Assembly (NCBI GenBank): GCA_965203555.1
Contig: CBDBCY010000004.1
Location: 2,656,001-2,720,000 of the forward strand
DNA from: Acidimicrobiia bacterium
GTDB taxonomy: Bacteria; Actinomycetota; Acidimicrobiia; Spongiisociales; ZC4RG35
DNA: 64,000 bases
Reading direction: 5' to 3'
Under the pieces are notes generated by a model, which worked only from the letters and a program-made list of their open reading frames with translations, had not been told where the DNA came from and searched no databases. Position 1 is the first letter of the stretch, and every line of letters begins with the position of its first letter. Positions 17,250 to 25,741 of the stretch are shown here, piece after piece. The position numbers and the translations under genes were made by a program.

Positions 17250-19001
17250 ATGACGTTTCCCTACAGTGACGAGTCAATCCGTGCCCGCCTGCGGCTCGGT
17301 GAGGATAGCGGATGGGAGTTCAAGGAAGTCGAGTTCCACGGCGATCACCCGGCGTCATGGCATCGTAACGCCTGGGCCGACGAGGTTGCCGCTTTCGCCA
17401 ACGCCGGGGGTGGGGTTCTTCTCATCGGCGTCACGGATGCAGGCGTGGTGTCGGGCATGTCACGCGGTCGCCTCGACGAAGTAGAGCGACTGGTCGGGGA
17501 GGTCTGCCGGGATTCCTTCAAGCCCGCCGTCCGAGTGGCCATATACCGCGGGGAACTGGACGACAGATACTTCCTGCTCGTCGAGATTCCCAAAGGACAT
17601 GCCCAGTACGACAGCCCCGGCGGCAGTTACATTCGTGTCGGCAGCTCAAAGCAGCCGATGACGCCCGACGAGCGGATGCGCCTGGCGCAGCGAAGAGGCC
17701 AAGCCCGGTTCATCGGCGTCGACGAGCAGACGGTGGCCGACACCGGTTTTGACACACTTGACAAAAGGCTGTGGAAGCCGCTGCTGAGCGTAGAGAGCCT
17801 GGCGGACCCTGTGTTGGGACTGGAGAAGCTGGGTTTCTTTGCGACGGACGAGCGTGGCGTGGCGCGAGCCACTGTTGCCGGCGTGTTGGCGTGCACAGAG
17901 GACCCTGAGCGCTTTCTTCCGCATGCCGTCATCAACGCCGTGCGTTACCGCGGAACAGATCGCGCCTCCGGGCAGATAGACGCCCAGGAGATAGGAGGTC
18001 CGATCGATCGACAGATCAAGCAGGCTGTCACATTCGTGAAACGCAACATGCGGGTGGGCGCCCGCAAGGATCCCGCCCGTGAGGACCTGCCCGAATACAG
18101 CATGCGGGCCTTGTTCGAGGGCGTGGTCAACGCGGTAGCGCACCGCGATTACTCGATGGGCGGCAGCCGTGTGCGTCTCGCTGTCTTCTCCGACCGGCTG
18201 GAGCTCTGCTCGCCAGGATCTCTTCCCAACAATCTGACCATCGACAGCATGGCGGAACGCCAATCCACAAGGAACAGCGTGCTTGCTTCTGTGCTCGGTC
18301 GAATGAACGCAGGTGGCATGGAAGGCGCCGAAGGCAGACGGTTTTTCATGGAGCGCCGCGGTGACGGAGTCCCGATCATCCGCCGCGAGACGAAGGCTCT
18401 CACCGGGAAGGAACCGCGGTTCCGGCTCATCGACGACTCGGAACTATGTCTCACGATTCCGGCTGCGGAGACCGATTTCGGACCGGCGACCGTCACTATC
18501 ACCGTTCGTCGGAACCAGGCGCCGCTTGCGGGAGCGGACGTTGTGGCGTTGTTCCCCAACGGGACATGGAAGCGCGGGTCCACGGACTCAGAGGGAGAGA
18601 CACACCTCGACCTGCACGCCGTGCATCTGCCGATGACGGTATTCGCAGCCGCCCCGGGCTGTGCCGCCCGTGTCGAGCCCGAGTGGATTCCGGCGCAACG
18701 GCCGCTCGCCGTCGATCTGACGCCTCTACCCGCTGGCGGATCGGTCGTGTTCCCAGAAGCCACGGGTCACATCCCCGGCCTCGCCGGCCGGCTGAATCCT
18801 ATCCTCGACACCGGTAATCGCACCTACCTCTACGCGACCAACATTGCCATAAACGGTGGACGGATCCAGCCGGTCTCATTCGTACCCGGAGAAGAGGACC
18901 TGCACATGATGGACGCCGATGGTGCAGAGTTCCTTGTGCAGGTGGTGGCCATCACGGGACGTTCGTCAATCCTCGAATATCGCCCCGTCTCCCGCACGTA
19001 G
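17250..19001 (+). CDS. AlbA_2 (Schlafen-like) + GHKL/HATPase_c_4 domain protein with an extra beta-rich C-terminal domain
   Basis: GEDSGWEFKE and AFANAGGGVLLIGVTD (AlbA_2); EGVVNAVAHRDYS, ELCSPG, MERRGDG (HATPase_c_4); ~190-aa unrecognised tail. Confidence 0.8.
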   Translation: MTFPYSDESIRARLRLGEDSGWEFKEVEFHGDHPASWHRNAWADEVAAFANAGGGVLLIGVTDAGVVSGMSRGRLDEVERLVGEVCRDSFKPAVRVAIYRGELDDRYFLLVEIPKGHAQYDSPGGSYIRVGSSKQPMTPDERMRLAQRRGQARFIGVDEQTVADTGFDTLDKRLWKPLLSVESLADPVLGLEKLGFFATDERGVARATVAGVLACTEDPERFLPHAVINAVRYRGTDRASGQIDAQEIGGPIDRQIKQAVTFVKRNMRVGARKDPAREDLPEYSMRALFEGVVNAVAHRDYSMGGSRVRLAVFSDRLELCSPGSLPNNLTIDSMAERQSTRNSVLASVLGRMNAGGMEGAEGRRFFMERRGDGVPIIRRETKALTGKEPRFRLIDDSELCLTIPAAETDFGPATVTITVRRNQAPLAGADVVALFPNGTWKRGSTDSEGETHLDLHAVHLPMTVFAAAPGCAARVEPEWIPAQRPLAVDLTPLPAGGSVVFPEATGHIPGLAGRLNPILDTGNRTYLYATNIAINGGRIQPVSFVPGEEDLHMMDADGAEFLVQVVAITGRSSILEYRPVSRT

Positions 19002-19339
19002 AAGACGATCACGCGAACAAGAGCCGTGGATCCGGCCTTACTCAGGCTCACCTGAATCCGTGGGAGAGGTTTCAGGTTGACCAAGTCTCTCAGCGAACGG
19101 TTGCGGAGTTCGGGTCGGATCAGATGAGCGGGCAGGAGCAGGTCGGACCACGGGCCATTGCCTCGGGTTCGGCAGCCTTGATCACCAACATCCCCCCTCG
19201 GGCAAGTGACGGTTTTCAGCCCTCCGGGGCAGGCGGTTTTTCCAACCTTCGTTTCCCTCCGGATAGATCGGCAGGCATCCTCCATTGGGTGGGTGGTATG
19301 AGGATATGCCGGTTACGCTGGGGATTGATGAGGAGACCA

Positions 19340-19702
19340 GTGTTGAACACTTCCGACATCGACTCGCACGATCCCGCATGGCTTGAAGAAACCGAGCGGA
19401 TAGAGTCGGAGATGGTCGCCGAGTTCGACGAACATGGCCCTTTTACCCCCGGGGACACGCTGTTCGCCACCGGACATTACAAGGAAGACCGGCTGGTGTG
19501 GTTCGATTTCCTGACTGCCGCTTTGGACGACATCATGAGAGAATGCGCTATTCCCGAGGAGCAGAGGGAGCAACGGAGGTTGCGGTACCGTAGTTTCACG
19601 GAGGACTTCCTTCGACACTGCGACGGAGCGGAGAAGACGCTTCCCCTGCTTGACGACCAGGAGGGAAAGCACTCCTACGTCCTCAGATTCGCCCCGCCAT
19701 GA
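19340..19702 (+). CDS. Hypothetical acidic protein
   Basis: RBS AGGAGA before GTG 19340; coding-like codon usage; ATGA overlap with the DUF1697 gene. Confidence 0.55.
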   Translation: MLNTSDIDSHDPAWLEETERIESEMVAEFDEHGPFTPGDTLFATGHYKEDRLVWFDFLTAALDDIMRECAIPEEQREQRRLRYRSFTEDFLRHCDGAEKTLPLLDDQEGKHSYVLRFAPP

Positions 19703-20235
19703 CCGAGCGCTATGTGGTGCTGCCCCGCGGCGTCAACGTCGGGCGGCACAATCGGGTTCCGATGGCGGAGTTGCGGTCGAAGCTGGCCGAGGAAGGGTAC
19801 TCTCGGATAGTCACCGTCCTGCAAAGCGGGAACTTAATCGTTTCGGTCGAGTCGCGCAGTCCGAACGAAGTAACTTGTGCGGTTCAGCGGTTGCTCAGCG
19901 AAAAGTTCGGCGTCAACGTTCCCTGCGTTGTCCGCACGGCGGACCAAGTTCGCGCGGTGCTGGAGCGCAATCCGTTGCGGGAGGTTGTCACCGACCCGGC
20001 TCGTTACCTGGTGAACTTCCTCTCCGAGCGACCCGATCCCCAAGCGGTGAAGGCTTTGCTGGAAGAGGAGCACAGTCCGCAGGCCATCGCCATCGAAGGC
20101 ACCGAGGCATACATCTGGACTCCCCATAGCGTCAGAACGATGACCCTGTCATATGCGTACCTCCAAAAGAGACTCAACGTGGTCGCCACCGCCCGCAACT
20201 GGAGAACTCTTCAGAGGATCGTCGCCAAGCTCTGA
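19699..20235 (+). CDS. DUF1697 domain-containing protein
   Basis: YVVL.RGVNVG.HNRVPMAEL, LQSGNL, C-terminal TARNWRT. Confidence 0.9.
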   Translation: MTERYVVLPRGVNVGRHNRVPMAELRSKLAEEGYSRIVTVLQSGNLIVSVESRSPNEVTCAVQRLLSEKFGVNVPCVVRTADQVRAVLERNPLREVVTDPARYLVNFLSERPDPQAVKALLEEEHSPQAIAIEGTEAYIWTPHSVRTMTLSYAYLQKRLNVVATARNWRTLQRIVAKL

Positions 20236-20307
20236 TCTCCGGCCCCCCGGACAGGAATTGGAGGTTGAAGGTCGGCACGGGAGTGGTTACTCTTCTGTTT
20301 TGAGATC

Positions 20308-20895
20308 ATGACCGCAGCTTCCCCCAAGACCGCACTGGTGGTGGTGGATGTCCAGAACGACTTCGCCGATCCGCAGGGTTCGTTGTACGTGCGGGGGGCG
20401 GGTTCAGTGGTGGCAGCGGTTAACCGGTTGGTGAATAGCGCCGTCGCCCAGGGTTGGGCGGTGTTCTACACCCAGGACTGGCATCCGGAGACCACGCCCC
20501 ATTTCGCCAAGGACGGTGGGATATGGCCGGTCCACTGCGTGGGAGGATCCACCGGAGCGGCCTTCCATCCCGATCTGGTGGTGAGAGGGGTGTCCGTGAA
20601 GAAGGGCGGCGCCGGCGAGGACGGCTATTCGGGATTCACCATGCGGGATCTGGTGGAAGGCAGGGACCGGCCCACCGAACTGGATTCGCTTCTGCGCCGG
20701 GACGGGGTCACCCGGGTGGTGGTGGTCGGTCTGGCGTTGGACTATTGCGTGAAGGACACTGCCCTGGACGCGGTCCGGTTGGGATACGAAGTGGAGGTGC
20801 CCCTGGGCGCCACCGCGCCGGTCAATCTGTCTCCCGACGACGGGAACCGGGCTATCGCTGCGCTTCGCGGGGCCGGGGTCTCGGTTACCGGCTGA
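20308..20895 (+). CDS. pncA: Nicotinamidase/pyrazinamidase (isochorismatase family)
   Basis: VVDVQNDF, QDWHP, WPVHCV, YSGF, GLALDYCVKDTALDA. Confidence 0.9.
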   Translation: MTAASPKTALVVVDVQNDFADPQGSLYVRGAGSVVAAVNRLVNSAVAQGWAVFYTQDWHPETTPHFAKDGGIWPVHCVGGSTGAAFHPDLVVRGVSVKKGGAGEDGYSGFTMRDLVEGRDRPTELDSLLRRDGVTRVVVVGLALDYCVKDTALDAVRLGYEVEVPLGATAPVNLSPDDGNRAIAALRGAGVSVTG

Positions 20896-22495
20896 GGGAC
20901 TCGCCTCGACGCAGAAGGAGTCGGCGGTAGGTCTTCCACAGCGGATTCTCGGCGGGCCGCAAGGTGGGAAAGAGTATCACGTCCCGGATGTGGGCGCGAT
21001 TGGTCAGCAGCATCACCAAGCGGTCGACTCCCAGGCCCAGGCCTCCGGTGGGAGGCATTCCGTAACCAAGTGCCAGCACGAAGTCCTCGTCGACGGGATG
21101 CAACTCCGGATCGTCCGCACCCAGGAGAGCAGCCTGGTTCTCGAATCGGGAAAGTTGGTCGACCGGGTCGTTTAGCTCCGAGAAGGCATTGGCGAACTCC
21201 ACCCCGGCGATGAACAGTTCGAAGCGTTCGGTGAGTCGGGGATCGCCGGGGCACCGGCGCGCCAGGGGAGAGACTTCCAGGGGGTAATCCGTTACGAAGG
21301 TGGGTTCCAGCAGTTCGGGAACGGCCAGGCGGTCGAATATTTCGTAGATGATCCGCCCGCTGGTCCACTCTTCCGCTGTATTCAGCCCCCGTTTCTCCGC
21401 CTGTCCCTGCAGGGAGTCGGGGGGTATGTCCAGGGTGACCTCTTCTCCCATCACTTCGCTCACCAACTCCAGCATGGGTACTTCCCGGTAGGGTGGTTCC
21501 AGGGAGAGGGGGGTTTCCAGCATGGGCCGTGTCCCGGCAGCGTCGGCGCCGGGCCCCCCGGCCACTGTGGTGGTTCCCGTGGCTTTGACGGCCACCGCCG
21601 GAATCACCTCCTCGACCAGTCTCATCACGTCCCGGTAGTCGCAGAAAGCCTGGTAGGACTCCAGCATGGTGAACTCGGGGTTGTGGGAGGAGTCCACCCC
21701 TTCGTTGCGAAAGATCCGGCCGATCTCGAACACCCGCTCGAACCCCCCGATGATCAGCCGCTTGAGGTACAGTTCGGTGGCGATCCTCATGTACAGCTCT
21801 ATGTCCAGGGCGTTGTGATGGGTCAGGAACGGCCGGGCGGCTGCTCCGGCCGCCCGGGAGGTGAGGATGGGAGTGTCGACCTCCATGAACCCGCGCTGAT
21901 GGAACTGGTTGCGAAGTTCGGACACCACCGCCGAGCGGATCTCGAAGGTCCGCCGACTCTGTGGGTTGACCACCAGGTCCAGGTGTCGACGCCGGGAGCG
22001 TTGCTCGACGTCCCGCAAGCCTTTCCACTTGTCGGGCAGCGGCGCCAAACATTTGGCGAGAAGGTCGATCTGCTTCACGTCGATGGATAGTTCCCCGCGC
22101 CGGGTGGTGATCACTTCGCCGGTGGCGCCCACCCAGTCGCCGAGGTCGAGGCGGGATATCACCTCCTGAGACTCGGGTTGCAGGCCGGACTGCGATACGA
22201 AGAGTTGCAGATCGGCTCTCTGATCGGAGAAGGTGATGAACACGAGTCGTCCGAAATTGCGGATCAACCGGACTCGCCCAGCCACCGACACCACTTTCCC
22301 GGTGCGCGCATCGGGCGCCAGGGTTCCGTACCGGTCCCTGATCTGTGAGGCGGTGTGGGTTCGATCAAACCGGGTCGGCCACGGTTCGATGTTCCGGGAG
22401 GCGAGGCTCTCCAAACCGTCGAGGCGTTCTTCGAGGACCCTTCCCCACAGCCCTGCACTGCCAGGCTCGGGGCGATCCGGTCCTTGGTCGTCCAT
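20885..22495 (-). CDS. lysS: Lysine--tRNA ligase (class II)
   Basis: OB-fold N-terminus, ARPFLTHHNAL, LYMRIATELYLKRL, FRNEG...HNPEFTMLE, GMPPTGGLGLGVDRL. Confidence 0.97.
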   Translation of the reverse strand: MDDQGPDRPEPGSAGLWGRVLEERLDGLESLASRNIEPWPTRFDRTHTASQIRDRYGTLAPDARTGKVVSVAGRVRLIRNFGRLVFITFSDQRADLQLFVSQSGLQPESQEVISRLDLGDWVGATGEVITTRRGELSIDVKQIDLLAKCLAPLPDKWKGLRDVEQRSRRRHLDLVVNPQSRRTFEIRSAVVSELRNQFHQRGFMEVDTPILTSRAAGAAARPFLTHHNALDIELYMRIATELYLKRLIIGGFERVFEIGRIFRNEGVDSSHNPEFTMLESYQAFCDYRDVMRLVEEVIPAVAVKATGTTTVAGGPGADAAGTRPMLETPLSLEPPYREVPMLELVSEVMGEEVTLDIPPDSLQGQAEKRGLNTAEEWTSGRIIYEIFDRLAVPELLEPTFVTDYPLEVSPLARRCPGDPRLTERFELFIAGVEFANAFSELNDPVDQLSRFENQAALLGADDPELHPVDEDFVLALGYGMPPTGGLGLGVDRLVMLLTNRAHIRDVILFPTLRPAENPLWKTYRRLLLRRGESLSR

Positions 22496-22552
22496 CAGGC
22501 ATCAACCTAACAGGGCAACCGAGCAGAAAAGAAAGATCACTCCTCCCCGCCG

Positions 22553-22696
22553 AAAAGTAACCGACCCGCCCCCGGGAGGGGAGGGAGGGCGGGCCGGTAT
22601 GTGCCTGCCGCCCCGGGAGGGGTGGAGGGCGGTCAGGCTGCCCACCGGCCTTCCGGGAGGGGACGGGGAAAGCCGGCAGGAGGTCTGTTGTTGTGG
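22553..22696 (-). ncRNA. Putative sRNA with three stem-loops bearing CCCCUCCC loops (6C-RNA/cuckoo-like)
   Basis: Minus-strand hairpins CCGGCUUUCC-ccguccccuccc-GGAAGGCCGG, GCCUGACCGCCCU-ccaccccuccc-GGGGCGGCAGGC and ACCGGCCCGCCCU-cccuccccucccg-GGGGCGGGUCGGU, then UACUUUU. Has its own promoter. Confidence 0.7.
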
Positions 22697-22702
22697 AATC
22701 GA

Positions 22703-22732
22703 ATAATAATCAGTTCGGAGAAGCTATGTCAA
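22703..22732 (-). promoter_or_regulatory. Near-consensus sigma70/SigA promoter of the putative sRNA
   Basis: Minus strand TTGACA (22732-22727), N18, TATTAT (22708-22703). Confidence 0.75.
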
Positions 22733-22743
22733 CTGAATAGTAC

Positions 22744-23508
22744 TTAAGAATTCAACTCCAATACCACCAGCAAACCCCGCAGGGTCAGATCGTCCTCTAT
22801 GTGAGTAATGGTTTCGCAAACCGGCCCGATCAGGCGAGCCAGGCCGCCGGTTGCCACCACCGGCAAGGCCCCCAGACGTTGTTCGGTGCAGATCCTTCTC
22901 ACCAGACCGTCCACCAGACCGGCCCATCCGAACACCAGGCCGCTCTGCACCGCTTCGGTGGTGTTGCGCCCGGTGGCCTGCCTGGGTGCAGTCAACTCCA
23001 CCCTGCGAAGGGCGGATGCGGCGGCGGCCAGGGCGTCTCCCGCCACCTGCACTCCGGGAGCGATGGCGCCCCCACAGTAGGCGCCCGATGAGTCGATCAC
23101 ATCCACGGTGGTGGCTGTTCCGAAATCCACCACCAAGACCGGAGCGCCGAACCGCTCTACTGCTCCGATGGCGTTCACCACCCGGTCGGCGCCCACTTCC
23201 CGAGGATTGTCGATCCGGATCTGGATGCCGGTACGCACTCCCGGTCCAACCACTGTCACCGGGCCGTTTACCAATTCCGTCAGGACGGGCCGGATGGCGG
23301 AGACGGCGGTGGGCACCACGCTGGAGAGCGCCGCGCCGAGCAGGGGCAGCGGGACTTCGGACAGCAGGCCGCTGAGAAGGATGCGGTATTCGTCGGCGGT
23401 GCGGGATACATCGGTGGAAATCCGCCAGCGATGCTCCAGTGACCGGCCTCGATAGGCCCCGATGACGGTCTGGGTGTTGCCGATGTCCACGGCTAGGAGC
23501 ATGCTCAC
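22744..23508 (-). CDS. coaX: Type III pantothenate kinase
   Basis: LAVDIGNT, SSVVP, EVGADRVVN, VVDFGTATT, GGAIAPG, ATGGLA. Confidence 0.95.
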   Translation of the reverse strand: MSMLLAVDIGNTQTVIGAYRGRSLEHRWRISTDVSRTADEYRILLSGLLSEVPLPLLGAALSSVVPTAVSAIRPVLTELVNGPVTVVGPGVRTGIQIRIDNPREVGADRVVNAIGAVERFGAPVLVVDFGTATTVDVIDSSGAYCGGAIAPGVQVAGDALAAAASALRRVELTAPRQATGRNTTEAVQSGLVFGWAGLVDGLVRRICTEQRLGALPVVATGGLARLIGPVCETITHIEDDLTLRGLLVVLELNS

Positions 23509-24407
23509 CTGTAGAGAAGACTAGGCGCCCGCAAAAAGATGCCCCGGTCCACCTTCAGCCCGGTAGGGCCCCGGTCGAAGAATAGGTTGTCGATCAGTCT
23601 CACTTTGCCCACCTCTGCGGCCACCGCCAGAAAGGATGGACGGTCGAGAGTTCGGAGCAGGGAGGCGTCGCGTTGATCGGCCAATTCCATGTACTCCCAG
23701 TCCAACCTGCCACCAGTTCCTCTAACCAGGCACCGGAGACGATCCATTGACCGCTCTCCCTCTTCCACCGCCAGCGCCGCTCTCTCGAGTCCGCGGCTTA
23801 TCTCGAGGGCGGTATCCCGGTGCCCGGGCTCAATCAGGAAGTTTCGGCTGGACAGGGCCAGTCCGTCCATCTCGCGCACGGTGGGGCAACCGACAATCTC
23901 GATGGGAAAGCACAGATCGCGGGCGAGTCGGCGGATCGTGGCCAGTTGCTGGGCGTCCTTTCGTCCGAAGTAGGCTCGGTCGGCCCCCAGTCCGGCCAGC
24001 AGTTTCGCCACCACCAGCGCCACTCCCTGGAAGTGACCGGGTCGGTGCTCTCCCTCCATTGACGAAGCCACCGCTCCCGGCTCTATGGTTATGGACTCAC
24101 CCGGCTTGTACACTTCTTCGGTGGGTGGGGCGAACAGCACGTCCACCCCTGCCTCGGCGGCCATGTGACGATCTCGGTCGAAGCTGCGGGGGTAGGCGTC
24201 AAAGTCGGAGGATTGGTTGAACTGTCGGGGATTGACGTACAGGGACATCATCACCACCTGACACTCCTGCCGCGCCTTGCCGATCAGCGACAGGTGGCCT
24301 TCATGCAGAAACCCCATGGTGGGAACCAGACCGATCGTGCCTTCCGTTGCCCCGCGAGCATGGCGAGCCGCCGACCGGGCGCCGGCAAAGCTGTGGACCA
24401 GTCTCAT
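23505..24407 (-). CDS. panC: Pantoate--beta-alanine ligase
   Basis: VPTMGFLHEGHLSL, RPGHFQGV, FGRKDAQQ, REMDGLALSSRN, RLIDN. Confidence 0.96.
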   Translation of the reverse strand: MRLVHSFAGARSAARHARGATEGTIGLVPTMGFLHEGHLSLIGKARQECQVVMMSLYVNPRQFNQSSDFDAYPRSFDRDRHMAAEAGVDVLFAPPTEEVYKPGESITIEPGAVASSMEGEHRPGHFQGVALVVAKLLAGLGADRAYFGRKDAQQLATIRRLARDLCFPIEIVGCPTVREMDGLALSSRNFLIEPGHRDTALEISRGLERAALAVEEGERSMDRLRCLVRGTGGRLDWEYMELADQRDASLLRTLDRPSFLAVAAEVGKVRLIDNLFFDRGPTGLKVDRGIFLRAPSLLYR

Positions 24408-25246
24408 GGCGCCGCCGGGGCCTCGAATAGTTCCAGAATCTCTGCGGCCCTTTCCCCGGCGCCTGCCCGCGATGCCGCCAACCCGCCGAGCGCTCGATAC
24501 TGCCGGGCAATGCTGGGCGACACTGCTGCTGCGGCTCGCAGATGGCCGGCGATGGTGTCGCCATCGCCCCGGACCACCGGTCCGGTGAGCGAACGGTCGG
24601 GTCCCAATCGGAAACAGTTCTGCATCACCTGCCCGGCCAGGGGTTTGGCGTGCTGCAGGGGCACGCCGGCGGCTTCGAACAGATCGGCGGCTAAACCCAG
24701 GGCGGTGGCGAGTCCCAGGGCGACGGTGGCGGCGCCGGCATGGTAGAGGGGTTTCAGGTGGTCATCCAGTACAAAAGTGGCGATGCCCAGGCTTTGGGCG
24801 AAAGCGTCCAGCCTCCTCGCCGCTGTCTCGGCGCCGGCGGTCACCGCCGCGGTGGCTCCGGCCAGGGAAAGCGCGCCCAATTGGGGAGAGGGGAGGGTTT
24901 GAAGGGGATGAAGACACCCGACTTCCATGCCGGTCCTCTCCAGTGCTTCCAGGCGGGTGATGGAAACGAATCCTGACAGGTGGGCTGCCGTCTGGGCGGG
25001 TGGCGGGTCGGATGCCAGGTGACGGGCAGTCTGTTCGATAACGTCGTCGGGGGTGGCCACCAGCAACAAGTCGCACGGCAACAATTCCCGGTGGTCCTCG
25101 ACCCTGGTGCTTTCCAATTCCGGTGGGGTCTTCCCGGAAGGACCGGGAACGGTCTGGACCGTGTGTCCCGCCGACCGGCTGGCGATCGCCAAGGCGCCGC
25201 CGGCCCGCCCCGGTCCGATTACCGCCAGTCTGAGGGGGGTGTTCAC
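24404..25246 (-). CDS. Rossmann-like + DUF2520 protein (PanG-type ketopantoate reductase candidate)
   Basis: IGPGRAGGAL, HLSG, LHPLQT, LYHA, LTGPVVRGD. GTG 25246 overlaps the upstream stop; adjacent to panC. Confidence 0.85.
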   Translation of the reverse strand: MNTPLRLAVIGPGRAGGALAIASRSAGHTVQTVPGPSGKTPPELESTRVEDHRELLPCDLLLVATPDDVIEQTARHLASDPPPAQTAAHLSGFVSITRLEALERTGMEVGCLHPLQTLPSPQLGALSLAGATAAVTAGAETAARRLDAFAQSLGIATFVLDDHLKPLYHAGAATVALGLATALGLAADLFEAAGVPLQHAKPLAGQVMQNCFRLGPDRSLTGPVVRGDGDTIAGHLRAAAAVSPSIARQYRALGGLAASRAGAGERAAEILELFEAPAAP

Positions 25247-25734
25247 TCTCCGCCCAGGTAATTGGGAATCAGCGCCCTTCCCTGGGCGCCGAGTGGGCGG
25301 CCCAGGATCTGTTCGATGATGGTCACCGCCTGCACCGGGCTCGGCACCAGTCCCGTGTCCACCAAAAAGCCGCTCATCAGGCCCCCCAGGTTTTCGTCGA
25401 TCACTTCCCCATGCACCAATACCCTGGAGTCGGGGTTGCCCAACAACTCCCGCAGCTTGTCGAACAGGTGGGTACGTTCCTCCTCCTCCACCTCGGTGCT
25501 GATCGGGACTCGATGAGCCTCGAATCCCGAATCCCGGTACACCTTGATGTTCTGGTTGTTGCTCAACAGGCTCACCACGTCGGTGATACCCGCCTCCTTC
25601 TGCAACCAGAGCACCTCCTGCTGGCGGCGCACCTTGCGATGGGCCGCTCCCAACCCGCCCAGTCTTTCGCTGACCGCCAGGCGGGAATTGATAATCCACC
25701 TGAAACCGCGAGGTTTGAGTACGCCGGCCGGCAT
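25243..25734 (-). CDS. Hypothetical protein with dual-specificity-phosphatase-like fold (degenerate active site)
   Basis: FRWII..RLAVSER.GG, GITDVVSLL, and VLVHGEVIDE in place of HCxxGxxR; lies between ftsH and the pan genes. Confidence 0.6.
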   Translation of the reverse strand: MPAGVLKPRGFRWIINSRLAVSERLGGLGAAHRKVRRQQEVLWLQKEAGITDVVSLLSNNQNIKVYRDSGFEAHRVPISTEVEEEERTHLFDKLRELLGNPDSRVLVHGEVIDENLGGLMSGFLVDTGLVPSPVQAVTIIEQILGRPLGAQGRALIPNYLGGE

Positions 25735-25741
25735 TTCCCGC

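Noticed and set aside
22560-22680. CCGGGAGGGG repeats as a CRISPR array or G-quadruplex
   Set aside because: Repeats are only ~10 nt, flanked by self-complementary stems, with no cas genes; better explained as C-rich-loop hairpins on the minus strand.
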